IMG/VR virus record: IMGVR_UViG_3300033168_000202
Location: 1 to 58,027 of that record
DNA from: a virus
Taxonomy: Duplodnaviria > Caudoviricetes
Direction: 5' to 3' (one strand)
DNA length: 58,027 nucleotides
Shown: piece after piece, positions 44,883 to 54,119 of the stretch
Numbering within the stretch: the stretch's first letter is position 1
How the letters are laid out: the number at the start of each line of letters is the position of its first letter
Notes under the pieces: model-generated
The model's database searches: none
Seen by the model: the letters and a program-made list of their open reading frames with translations, nothing else
Told to the model about the DNA's origin: nothing
Translations under genes and position numbers: made by a program

Positions 44883-47800
44883 GCCGGTTCGGTCGGTCCT
44901 TCCCGATCCAGCCCCGGCTGGTCCGCACCCTCGCCGCACCCGTCGTCGCGGCGACGATGGCTGCGGCCGCCGGCTTCGGTGGCACCCCGACGGCTACGCC
45001 TGCCGGTTCGGCGACGATGGCCGGAGCTGCCGGTTTCGGCGGGACCGGTTCCTACGCGGCTACGGCGGCCATGGGCGCGGTGGCCAGTTTCGGCGGGACT
45101 GCTGCTACGACGCCTACCGCGGCCGGGACAATGGCCGGAGCGGCGTCCTTCGGTGGTACTTCGACGGCCACCGCGACCGGCACTGGGGGCCTCACCGGAG
45201 TCGCCACCTTCGGCGGGGCAGGGTCGTATGCGGCTGCCGGAACGATGGCCGGCGTCGCGAGCTTCACGAGTACCACTCCGATCGCGGGCAGCAGCGGGCA
45301 GATGGGGGCTGTCGGCACGTTCGGCGGCACGCCGTCGCCGGGCGCCCCCGTGTCGATGGCTGGGGTTGCCAGCTTCGGCGGGGCGGGGTCCTACGCCGTG
45401 TCGGCGACGATGGCCGGCGCTGGCGGCTTCGGCGGGATCGCGACCCCTACGCCGACCGCAACGGCGACGATGGCCGGGGTCGCGTCGTTCACCGGAGCCG
45501 TCACCGGACCGCCCACGGCAGTCGCCACCATGGCCGCAGTCGCCTCGCTTGCTAGCACTCCCGGCGTGGGCGCGCCCGCCGCCATGGCAGGCGCCGGCGC
45601 GTTCGGTGCCCCGCAGCCCGGCGTCGGCTCACCTGCCACCCTGGCAGCGGTTGCGGGCTTCGGCGGCACAGGTGCGCTCAACCCGTCCGGCGCCGCCCTC
45701 ATGGCCGCCCAGGCAGCCCTGACCGTCACCGGGACACTCAACCCCTATGCGGGCAGCGGCCTGATCGCCACCGCCCAGTTCGGTGCCCTCACCCCCGCGC
45801 CGATGACCCCGCCGTTCGACCTGCAGCTCCGAGCCCTCGACGGCCCCGGCGGCGGCCCCGGGACGATCCTGCCCGACGCGCACATCGAGTTCGTCGACAA
45901 CTTCTGCGACGTCGGCTCGATCAAGGTCGACTACCCCCGCACCGGCCTCAACGCCGGCTGGCTCGTCGACCAGGCCGGTTTCTGCCTGTTCTCCCAAGGC
46001 GCCGAACTACCCAACAGCCGCTGGTACGTCGAGGACGGCACCGGCGACGACGCCCAAGACGACCTCGGCGGCGGCGGGGCCGACAGCTATGCTGGGCAGA
46101 ACCTCGTCGGCCTGTTCTCCCAGGGAATCGTCTACCCGGCTGGTTGGCCGTCGGTTACGAACCCGAGCTCGCACAGCTTCACCGGCGCCACCATCGGCAC
46201 GATCATGCGGACACTCGTGCAGCGGGCGCAGGCCCGCGGTGCGCTGACCGGCATCACCGTCTCATCCTTCACCGACACCGCCGACTCGAACGGCCAGCCG
46301 TGGGCCTTCGGCATGACCGTCACCTACGACGCGGGCACGAACCTGCTGCAGGTGCTGCAGAACGCCTACGCGCAGGGCGTCGTCGAGTTCCAGACCGTGG
46401 GCCGCAGCCTGCGGATGTACAACCCCGGCACCCTGTCCACGGACCGGACGACCGGGGCGCAACCGGCGATCCTGCGCCGCGGCCGGGACGTCACCGGCGC
46501 CGGCCGGCAACGCTCGTCCCGGTCGATGATGACAACGGTCCTCATCGAAGGTGACCAGACGTCGATGGTCGAGATCGTCGACCCGAAAGCCTCGGGGCCG
46601 CTCGGCCGCCGCGAGGGTTACGTCGCCCAGTCGGGTGTGACCGACACGGGGACGCTGCGGGTCATCGGCCAGTCGACGTTGGGGCAGAAGAACGGGCCCC
46701 GGACGCAGCGCACCTTCGGCCTCGACCTGTCCGCCGGCGGCCCACGCCCCTGGGTTGACTACCTCGTCGGCGACTACCTATGGGCTGACGTCGGCAACCA
46801 GCTGGAGAAGCTGCGGGTCGTGTCGCTCAACGCGACGAAAGACCCCGACGGGATGGTCATCGCCACCGTCGTCCTCAACGACCGGTTCCTCGAGCTTGAT
46901 GTGCTGCTGGCCCGGCGGGTGTCGGGCATCTCGGGTGGCAGTTCGGGGATCGCGAGTGTGGCGCCGCTGAACAGCACCACCCCGGACCGCCTCGCCCCCG
47001 CGGTCCCTGCCGGTTTGGGGGCGACGTCGACGGCGTTCGTGTCCCCCGATGGGATCACCCAGGCCCAGCTGACCGCGTCGTGGGCGGCGGTGACGACGAA
47101 CGCGGACGGCACGGCCTGCACCGACCTGGATCACTACGAGGTGCAGGCGACGGTCGGCGGGCAGGTGCTGAACCTGGGCAGCACCACGACGGCCACCCTG
47201 TCGTACTCGCCGGTCCGGCCGGGGCTGAATGTGGCGGTCCGGGTCCGGGCGGTGGACCAGAACGGCAACCGGTCCCCGTTCTGCTCGGACTACACGCTGA
47301 CCGCCGGGTCGGACGTGACCCCGCCCCCCGTCCCGTCAACACCCACGGTGGTGGCGATGCTGGGGGCGCTGCGGGCGGTCTGGGACGGCCACGGGTCGGC
47401 GGGTGAGGTTCAGCCGGGCGACTTCGACCGGGTCGAGGTCCACGCCTCGACGGTGGTTGGGTTCACCCCGTCGGCCGCGACTTTGCAGGACACGATCCGT
47501 TCGCCTTATGGCGGTACGAGTGTGCTGCTGCTGCCGTTCGTGCAGTTCTATGTCCGGCTGGTGGCCTTCGACCATTCGGGGAACGCATCAGCGCCGTCAG
47601 CGGCTGCGCCGGGGACACCACGGCAGGCCCGTGGCGGCAACACGAGCCTGTCGGCCGGGAGTTCGGCGGGGGCGATGTCGATCTCGACGGGGCTGTCGAT
47701 CCCCGGCGGGACGGCGATCACAGTCTCGGCCGGTACGGCAAGCGCGGAGACGGCAACCACGTCGGGGACGCCGACCGGTACCGGCCCGTTCACGGTCACG

Positions 47801-48871
47801 CTGACCGGGCCGCTGGTCCGGGCGCATGCGCAGGGCGACACGGTCAGCCTCGGCGACCTGGGGACGCTGTCAATCACCGACGCTGAGATTCAGACCCTCA
47901 ACGCCACGAAGATCACCACCGGCATCCTGTCGGCTGACCTGGTCGTCGGCGGCCGGATCAAGACGTCCGACACCGGCGCTCGCGTCGAGATCAACAACGC
48001 CGGGCTGTCGGCTTACGGCATCGACGGGACGACGCGGACAGCGTTCCTGTCCGACGCCGACGGTAGCCTGACGATCAATAAAGGCACCATCACCGGCGCC
48101 ATGATTCAGACCGCAGCCACAGGCCAGCGGATGGTCCTTACCGGAACTGGTGGCAGTTTCGCGGCAACAGCAGCCTACTTATATACAGGTCTGGCCGGTG
48201 AGAACGCGTCGGGTGTAATGGGAGTGCGGCTCGTGCCGGGCTTCAACACCAAGACGCTCGACTTGATCCCACCTGAGTTTGGGCTTTCCGACGGGTCACA
48301 CTCGACGAGCCTTAGCTTGGCAGGCCGTACGTCACCATCAAGCGGCACAGACGCCATCGTTTCAGTCTTTTCGGACCGTTTCCACGCGCAGTCGCCCGAT
48401 GGCACCTGGAACATGGACGCGTACGGTTCAAACTGGGTTATCTCATCCGGTATTGGCGCCACAGCGGCCAGCATTGTCGGCACTCCAGGCAGCGGCGTCA
48501 ACTCAATCAAGATCGGCGCCCCGACTCTCATGTGGGTAAGCGACGGGGCATCCGGATACCGCCCGGTTTACGCATCTGCCTACAATGTCGCCTCGGCACG
48601 CGCACTGAAGACTGACGTGGTCGAACTCTTGGGCGCCCTTGATGAACTCCGACGCCTGCGGCCCGTTGAGTACAGGAATGCCGATAAGGCGGACATTGAG
48701 TGGCATGACGGCCTGCACCGTTCCCTCATCGCAGAAGATGTGGCCGCCGTCATCCCGCATGCATCTCCACCTTCCGCTCAGGGAGAGCCCAGCGGTGGCC
48801 TGTCCCTGATGACGCTGCTCGCCACCACGATCGCCGCCGTCCAGGAACTCGACCGGAAGGTCCACGGATGA
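44879..48871 (+). CDS. Large tail tip/fibre protein with Fn3 domains and C-terminal S74 intramolecular chaperone
   Basis: MAG.ASFGG repeats, central tail domain, VRVRAVDQNGNRS Fn3 motifs, SARALKTDV..LRPVEY. Confidence 0.88.
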   Translation: MSRFGRSFPIQPRLVRTLAAPVVAATMAAAAGFGGTPTATPAGSATMAGAAGFGGTGSYAATAAMGAVASFGGTAATTPTAAGTMAGAASFGGTSTATATGTGGLTGVATFGGAGSYAAAGTMAGVASFTSTTPIAGSSGQMGAVGTFGGTPSPGAPVSMAGVASFGGAGSYAVSATMAGAGGFGGIATPTPTATATMAGVASFTGAVTGPPTAVATMAAVASLASTPGVGAPAAMAGAGAFGAPQPGVGSPATLAAVAGFGGTGALNPSGAALMAAQAALTVTGTLNPYAGSGLIATAQFGALTPAPMTPPFDLQLRALDGPGGGPGTILPDAHIEFVDNFCDVGSIKVDYPRTGLNAGWLVDQAGFCLFSQGAELPNSRWYVEDGTGDDAQDDLGGGGADSYAGQNLVGLFSQGIVYPAGWPSVTNPSSHSFTGATIGTIMRTLVQRAQARGALTGITVSSFTDTADSNGQPWAFGMTVTYDAGTNLLQVLQNAYAQGVVEFQTVGRSLRMYNPGTLSTDRTTGAQPAILRRGRDVTGAGRQRSSRSMMTTVLIEGDQTSMVEIVDPKASGPLGRREGYVAQSGVTDTGTLRVIGQSTLGQKNGPRTQRTFGLDLSAGGPRPWVDYLVGDYLWADVGNQLEKLRVVSLNATKDPDGMVIATVVLNDRFLELDVLLARRVSGISGGSSGIASVAPLNSTTPDRLAPAVPAGLGATSTAFVSPDGITQAQLTASWAAVTTNADGTACTDLDHYEVQATVGGQVLNLGSTTTATLSYSPVRPGLNVAVRVRAVDQNGNRSPFCSDYTLTAGSDVTPPPVPSTPTVVAMLGALRAVWDGHGSAGEVQPGDFDRVEVHASTVVGFTPSAATLQDTIRSPYGGTSVLLLPFVQFYVRLVAFDHSGNASAPSAAAPGTPRQARGGNTSLSAGSSAGAMSISTGLSIPGGTAITVSAGTASAETATTSGTPTGTGPFTVTLTGPLVRAHAQGDTVSLGDLGTLSITDAEIQTLNATKITTGILSADLVVGGRIKTSDTGARVEINNAGLSAYGIDGTTRTAFLSDADGSLTINKGTITGAMIQTAATGQRMVLTGTGGSFAATAAYLYTGLAGENASGVMGVRLVPGFNTKTLDLIPPEFGLSDGSHSTSLSLAGRTSPSSGTDAIVSVFSDRFHAQSPDGTWNMDAYGSNWVISSGIGATAASIVGTPGSGVNSIKIGAPTLMWVSDGASGYRPVYASAYNVASARALKTDVVELLGALDELRRLRPVEYRNADKADIEWHDGLHRSLIAEDVAAVIPHASPPSAQGEPSGGLSLMTLLATTIAAVQELDRKVHG

Positions 48872-49050
48872 GCGACACGAGTGCCCCGACCGGCCAGGAG
48901 CAGATGGACGCTGTGCTCGCTGAACTCCACGACCAGGCGAGCCGCAGCGCCATGCTCCGCGCCCAGCTCACCGCCGCCTTGCGTGACCGCGACACCGAGA
49001 AACGCCGCGCCGACGACCTCCAAGCCGAGCTCGACACCCGCGCCACGTAA
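48868..49050 (+). CDS. Small coiled-coil protein
   Basis: ATGA overlap. Confidence 0.6.
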   Translation: MSDTSAPTGQEQMDAVLAELHDQASRSAMLRAQLTAALRDRDTEKRRADDLQAELDTRAT

Positions 49051-49100
49051 GACCCCCACCCGGCCGCCGGGCCACCCACTGTCCGGTCTGTCGCGACCGT
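49047..49100 (+). promoter_or_regulatory. Late promoter E (lysis cassette)
   Basis: GTAAGAC at 49047, GACCGT at 49095. Confidence 0.75.
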
Positions 49101-49146
49101 GGAGGCCATGACCCTGCAGGCACCGGGCGTGCGGAAGGCCAGGTAG

Positions 49147-49494
49147 GTGACTACGGTCGCCACCCCCACCCTCATGCCGCATCCCCTGACCCTGGTGGCG
49201 GCGCACATCGGACCACGGGTGGCAGCGTTGATCTCCGCCGGCTCGGTCACGATCCTTGCGCTCGACGCCACCACCCTGTCCGCCTTCGGATCGGTCCTGT
49301 CCGGCATCGCCGCCCTGCTCGCCGCCTCCTTCGCGGCCCTCGGTGGCTACACCCGGTGGAAGAACAAGCAGCCCCCCGACGGCGAGCACGACCCGCCGGC
49401 CGGCCGCACCGAAGACGAGACCGCCCACTACCTGCTGCAGGAGATCGCCCGACTCAAAGCCGAGGCGGACAGCAAGCCGAAGGACGGGCCGTGA
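49147..49494 (+). CDS. Lysis-region membrane protein
   Basis: Hydrophobic helices, charged C-term. Confidence 0.65.
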   Translation: MTTVATPTLMPHPLTLVAAHIGPRVAALISAGSVTILALDATTLSAFGSVLSGIAALLAASFAALGGYTRWKNKQPPDGEHDPPAGRTEDETAHYLLQEIARLKAEADSKPKDGP

Positions 49495-50048
49495 ACCGGG
49501 TCGACGCACGGATGGTCCGCGCCCCGTCCGTCGTCCACCTGCTGATCTCACTCGGCGGGCTCACGCTTACCATCGCCGTCAACCTCACCCACGGCAGGCC
49601 CGCCCTGCGGCTTGTTGTCACCGCCGTGTCCCTCACCGTCGCCGTGCTGCACGCCCGGTGGGCGCTCATGTCCCGACCCGGCCACCGGGTCCGCTTCAGT
49701 GACTGGGCCGCCCGCGTGTCCCCACTCGTGCTGCTGTTCATGGGCCTGGTCGCCGACGTCGTCGCCACCATCGCCGGGGGTGTCGCGTTCGCCGTCGTCC
49801 ACCAGAAGCAGGTCGAGCAGACCCGGGCCCAGCAGGCGCAGACGCATCAGATCGTGCAGGTACAGCGGGCGGCTGACATGGCGGTCGCGAAGGTAGAGCA
49901 GGCCAAGCAGATCGAGACTGAAAGGCAGCGGCAGGCGACGTGTGGCCTCGTCAGCGTGTTTCTTTCCGGTCCGCCGCCGACGACTGCCTACACCCAGCAC
50001 AGCCGGGACAGCCTCACCGCCTACGGCCGTGCGTTCAGGTGCCGATGA
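49491..50048 (+). CDS. Lysis-region membrane protein with coiled coil
   Basis: Three hydrophobic segments; C-terminal Cys pair. Confidence 0.65.
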   Translation: MNRVDARMVRAPSVVHLLISLGGLTLTIAVNLTHGRPALRLVVTAVSLTVAVLHARWALMSRPGHRVRFSDWAARVSPLVLLFMGLVADVVATIAGGVAFAVVHQKQVEQTRAQQAQTHQIVQVQRAADMAVAKVEQAKQIETERQRQATCGLVSVFLSGPPPTTAYTQHSRDSLTAYGRAFRCR

Positions 50049-50114
50049 GCCGCGGCCGATGAGCGGCCTCATGGCTCTCGTGCCCGGTAGCCCTCTCCAA
50101 CCCTCGGAGGCACC

Positions 50115-50912
50115 ATGACCACCCGTCAGGACATCGCCAGCCTCGCCCTGTCCCGCAACGGGGAGCAGGACGGCGGCGGCTACGGCCAGCCCACCGTCTA
50201 CAACGGCCACACAAACGGCGTCTACGACTGCCTGCTGTTCTGCTGCTGGGCGTACCGCCAGCTCGGCGTGCCGCTCCCGAGCGTGCAGGGCGGCTACCCC
50301 GACGGCGGGGCCTACGTCCCCTACATGGACGCCTACGCCGTGCAGCACGGCGCGACCCGCCCGTCGTGGGAGGCGCAGCCCGGCGACCTGGTGCTGTTCA
50401 ACTGGCTCGGCGACTCGCTGCCCATCGGTTCCCAGTCGCACGTCGAGATCGTCACCGGCTGGACCGGCGGCGTCATGTACTCCGTCGGCGCCGACTCGGG
50501 GCCGAGCAACATCGACGGCTTCAAGGGCGACGGCGGAATCCACCGGCACTGGTGGCCCGCACCGGCAGGTCAGGGCAACCCGCAGATTCAGCATGTCGTC
50601 GACACCTCCAAGCTGGTCACGTTCGGCGCACCGCCCGCACCCGCTCCTGCACCGCGGCCGAAGCTGGTCCCTGTCCGCACAACCGCCGACCTGCCCGACG
50701 TCGACCCCGCCACCGTGGACATGGCCTCGCCTGTGGTCCGGCTGTTGCAGTTCCGCCTCGGGCAGCACGGCGGGTGGATCGCCCCGACCAACACCGACCG
50801 CGGCGTGCTCCACAACGTGATCGGCTGGATGCAGGACACCGCCGGCATCGCCAAGGACTACGACTGCGGCCCCACCACCTGGGGCTACGTCCTCGCCAAC
50901 CCCGTTCGCTGA
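50115..50912 (+). CDS. Endolysin (CHAP/NlpC-P60 plus peptidoglycan-binding-like domain)
   Basis: YDCLLFCCWAY, QPGDLVLFNW, SHVEIV; QDTAGIAKDYDCGPTTW. Confidence 0.88.
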   Translation: MTTRQDIASLALSRNGEQDGGGYGQPTVYNGHTNGVYDCLLFCCWAYRQLGVPLPSVQGGYPDGGAYVPYMDAYAVQHGATRPSWEAQPGDLVLFNWLGDSLPIGSQSHVEIVTGWTGGVMYSVGADSGPSNIDGFKGDGGIHRHWWPAPAGQGNPQIQHVVDTSKLVTFGAPPAPAPAPRPKLVPVRTTADLPDVDPATVDMASPVVRLLQFRLGQHGGWIAPTNTDRGVLHNVIGWMQDTAGIAKDYDCGPTTWGYVLANPVR

Positions 50913-50926
50913 AAGGCGGCCCCGCT

Positions 50927-51469
50927 GTGAAGCTCGACCTCGAGCACAACCCAGTCCTCATCTCGCTGATGACCCGTCTCATCACCTACGTGCTCGGCGC
51001 TTCCGGCCTGGCGATCTACCTGCCGTCGGGGTCGGCGGCGCAGGTCGCGACGGCCATCGGCGCCGTCGTCGTCGCGTTGCTCGACGTGCTGGTGTCGTTT
51101 CTCGTCCGCTCCAAGGTGGCGAGCCCGGCAACCCGCAAGGCGCTCGCGGCGGCAGCCAAGCAGGTGCAGGCGTCGGGTCTGTCCGCAGCCGATGTGGAGC
51201 AGGTCTTCGCCGGCCTGACCAACCACCGCCAGGTCGTGGCGCAGATCGTCGCCGACGGCGTGGCCGAGGTGGCCGTGGCGGCTGTCGCCCCCGCGCCCCG
51301 TCTGCACCCGCCGGGGCTCGCGCCGTGGCCTGACCCGCAGGCGCCCGACCCGACCAGCGTGTCCCCCGCTCCCGAGCAGGCTGCCCCGCAAGCCCTGAGG
51401 CAGCCGGTCGGTGCCGTCCTCGCCACCCCCACCCCAACCGGGGCGGGACCTACCCAGGCTGGCGCGTGA
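50927..51469 (+). CDS. Holin
   Basis: Two TM helices then VRSKVASP; follows endolysin. Confidence 0.75.
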   Translation: MKLDLEHNPVLISLMTRLITYVLGASGLAIYLPSGSAAQVATAIGAVVVALLDVLVSFLVRSKVASPATRKALAAAAKQVQASGLSAADVEQVFAGLTNHRQVVAQIVADGVAEVAVAAVAPAPRLHPPGLAPWPDPQAPDPTSVSPAPEQAAPQALRQPVGAVLATPTPTGAGPTQAGA

Positions 51470-51987
51470 TGCGCCGGCATGACCACCCGTACACCGAGCG
51501 GTGCGATCACTGCTCGGCTGCCTGGCCCGACTGGGCTGTCCAGTTCGCCATCACCATGGAGGAAGACATGACCGCACTGACCGACGCCCTCACCGGCGCA
51601 CTGACCAGCCTCGCGGAGGCTGTCGACGCAGCTGCTGGCCGGGTGGCTGCCCACGTGGCCGACACCGATTCTGACGCGGCTGAGGTCGCCGCAGCCGTCG
51701 ACAAGATCAAGGCCGCGACCGACAAGCTCACGCAGATCGTCCCTGCCCCCGCGGCGGCCCCCGCAGCACCTGCCAGTCCGGCTGCTGCGCCGGAGCGGAC
51801 CGAGTACGTCGTCGACCCAGGCGTGGCTGTCGACGCCACCGAGTGGCCCGCGTCGGGCAGCACAGCCGCCGACGGCCGGACACTGTACCACTACGCCGGT
51901 GACACCGCACCCGGCGACGCCAAGGGTGACGGCCTCGGCGGTGTGTGGCACGTCTACCACGACCCGGCTGCGGCCCCGGCCGCGTAG
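51466..51987 (+). CDS. Coiled-coil protein with C-terminal Lipoprotein_15-like repeat
   Basis: DGRTLYHYAGDTAPGDAKGDGLGGVWHV; start may be 51568. Confidence 0.7.
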   Translation: MMRRHDHPYTERCDHCSAAWPDWAVQFAITMEEDMTALTDALTGALTSLAEAVDAAAGRVAAHVADTDSDAAEVAAAVDKIKAATDKLTQIVPAPAAAPAAPASPAAAPERTEYVVDPGVAVDATEWPASGSTAADGRTLYHYAGDTAPGDAKGDGLGGVWHVYHDPAAAPAA

Positions 51988-51991
51988 GTCG

Positions 51992-52030
51992 TGCGCCGGG
52001 TCGGGTGAAGGGGAAGCCCGGCCCGGCGCA
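51992..52030. terminator. Bidirectional terminator hairpin
   Basis: 14-bp stem between convergent genes. Confidence 0.7.
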
Positions 52031-52035
52031 GGCAG

Positions 52036-52518
52036 TCAGCCGCTACTGACCTGACCGAGGCGGGCCGTGGCGGCCTGCAGTTCGCTGGTTGCCGTCCCAA
52101 GCAAGGCTTGCGTCGCGGCGATCTTCGCCGAGTCCTGATTCTCAAGACCGGTCACGCAGTCTCCCGCGGCCTGGCCGACCAGCGAGAGCGCTCTTGACCA
52201 GTGGCTTTCGGCGTCGCTGTCGGGGATCGGGCTGTACCCCTGCGCGCCGCCACTGTCTTGCTGCAAGGTCCGGCACGCAGTGATGAGCGCGCCCGGGTCC
52301 TGGCCGTCGGCAGCTTTCTGGGCGGTGCCGAAGTCTGCAACAAGGGTCTGCTGCCAGTGCCGACCGCCGCCAGTGACCCACGCGCTGAGAGCGGTCGGCG
52401 TCGCCGGGGCGCTGGATGCGGGCGCGGTGGCCGATGTGCCGCCGGAACCGCCAGAACCGCCGCAGGCAACGAGTACGGCCAGCGGAATCACCGCAGACAG
52501 GGTCAAAGCTCTACGCAT
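52036..52518 (-). CDS. Lipoprotein moron
   Basis: MRR-hydrophobic-LVAC lipobox, G/S linker, helical domain with two Cys. Confidence 0.8.
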   Translation of the reverse strand: MRRALTLSAVIPLAVLVACGGSGGSGGTSATAPASSAPATPTALSAWVTGGGRHWQQTLVADFGTAQKAADGQDPGALITACRTLQQDSGGAQGYSPIPDSDAESHWSRALSLVGQAAGDCVTGLENQDSAKIAATQALLGTATSELQAATARLGQVSSG

Positions 52519-52577
52519 GGCCGCAGGGTAGCCGCCCGGCATATGTAGAGAACGGGCGCCCCCGGCACGGGCGAGCG

Positions 52578-52598
52578 TGTGGGGACGCTGTGGGGACG
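52578..52598 (+). repeat. Integrase arm-type sites, right end
   Basis: TGTGGGGACG twice, 11-bp period. Confidence 0.78.
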
Positions 52599-52702
52599 CC
52601 GGACGCACAAACCGGCCCCGCAGCGCTTCCAGCACACCAGTAGCAGCCCGCGAACGTCACACGAGGCTGTGACCAGCACCGCCGTCCGGCACCTGTCGGG
52701 GA

Positions 52703-52725
52703 TTCAAGTCCCGTCACTCACCCCA
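52703..52725 (+). other. attR: 3' fragment of tRNA-His (T-loop to CCA)
   Basis: TTCAAGTCCCGTCACTCACCCCA resembles actinobacterial tRNA-His 3' end; no 5' half upstream. Confidence 0.8.
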
Positions 52726-52836
52726 TCTCTGTAAGCCGTTGACCAGCGGAGATGCGGTCCGGGCCTTGCTCCTGGGGGCAAGAACCATCATCATCCGGGG
52801 GCAGCTCCTCATCGCAGGAGCCCCATGGGGGCACCG

Positions 52837-53955
52837 ATGGCCTGGCTCGAGCACCGCGAAGGGCACGTCCGCGTCGTTTGGCGCGACCCCGACACCGGGG
52901 GCAAGACCTACGAGAAGTTCGCCACCGACGCGGAGGCCGACATCTACCGGGGCCTGGTCGAGCAGGCCCGCGGCCGACGGCCCGAGACGCTCTATGAAGA
53001 GCCCGGACGCCCCGCCCGACCGCTGGGCAACCTGCCCTGCACCGTCACCCGCTGGGCCGAGTTCTGGCTCTCCGGACTGTCCGGCGTCCGCGACCGCACC
53101 GTCGCCGACTACCGCGGCACCATTGAGCGCAGCATCCTGCCGTACTTCGGCCAGATGGACATCCGCGACCCCAGCCCAACCGACGTCGGCCGCTGGGTGC
53201 GGTCCCTCGCGGACCGCGGCCTGTCACCCAAGACGATCCGCAACCACCACGGCATCGCTCACTCGCTGTTCCGGGCCGCCCTGGAGCACGAGCCCGCGCC
53301 GATGCGCTCCGCCAACCCCTGCGCCCGCACCCGGCTGCCGGAGGTGGTCCAGGAGGAGATGCGCTTCCTCACCCACCAGCAGTTCGACCGACTCCTGAAC
53401 GCAGCCCCCCAGTTCTACAAGCCCGTCTTCACCGCCCTGGTCGGTACCGGTCTGCGGTGGGGCGAGCTGGCCGGCCTGCAGGTCCAGCACGTCGACCTTC
53501 TTGCCTCGCCGCCAGCCCTTCGCGTGGTGCAGAGCCTGCAGCGCCAGACTGACGGCAGCTACGCCCTGGGACCTCCCAAGACCCGCGCGGCCCGGCGGCG
53601 CGTGACCCTGCCGCAAAACGTCGTCGACGCCGTCCTGCCACTCGTCGCCGGCAAGGAGGGGCACGAGCACGTCTTCACCTCACGAGCCGGCACTCCCCTG
53701 CGCCACCAGAACTTCATGACCCGGGTCTGGCAACCCGCCCTCGCTGCAGCCGAGCTGCAGGGGCTGCGCATCCACGACCTGCGGCACACGCACACCGCCT
53801 GGCTCATCGCCGCCGGCAGGCCGCTGCCCTCGATTCAGCGCCGCCTCGGACACCGCAGCATCACCACGACGATCGACCGCTATGGCCACGTGCTCCCCGA
53901 TGTCGACGCGGGTGACCTGGTTGCCCTCGACCACGCGCTGCAGAGCCAGCACTAA
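52837..53955 (+). CDS. int: Tyrosine integrase of second element
   Basis: TGLRWGE, IHDLRHTH, LGHRSITTTIDRYGH. Confidence 0.95.
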   Translation: MAWLEHREGHVRVVWRDPDTGGKTYEKFATDAEADIYRGLVEQARGRRPETLYEEPGRPARPLGNLPCTVTRWAEFWLSGLSGVRDRTVADYRGTIERSILPYFGQMDIRDPSPTDVGRWVRSLADRGLSPKTIRNHHGIAHSLFRAALEHEPAPMRSANPCARTRLPEVVQEEMRFLTHQQFDRLLNAAPQFYKPVFTALVGTGLRWGELAGLQVQHVDLLASPPALRVVQSLQRQTDGSYALGPPKTRAARRRVTLPQNVVDAVLPLVAGKEGHEHVFTSRAGTPLRHQNFMTRVWQPALAAAELQGLRIHDLRHTHTAWLIAAGRPLPSIQRRLGHRSITTTIDRYGHVLPDVDAGDLVALDHALQSQH

Positions 53956-54119
53956 CTTCCGAAGCCCAGGTAAGCAGGAGATCTCGCCGTGGAGCATGGA
54001 GGGCAGGCGCCCCGAGTCCCCAGCACGCTGACAAAGTCGTGCCGCACCACGGAGCGCCAAGCCATGCGAGTACAGATTCGGGTGGAGGTCCGACGCTGCG
54101 GCGCACATGATGAACTCTT

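Larger units (their letters stand above)
1..52725. mobile_element. Temperate siphovirus prophage, probably integrated at tRNA-His (attL just upstream of window)
   Basis: Canonical module order int-immunity-recombination-replication-packaging-head-tail-lysis; tRNA 3' fragment at right end; shared arm repeats at both ends. Confidence 0.93.

Noticed and set aside
52650-52725. Complete tRNA gene
   Set aside because: Only T-loop and 3' acceptor strand are present; no matching 5' half, D-arm or anticodon arm
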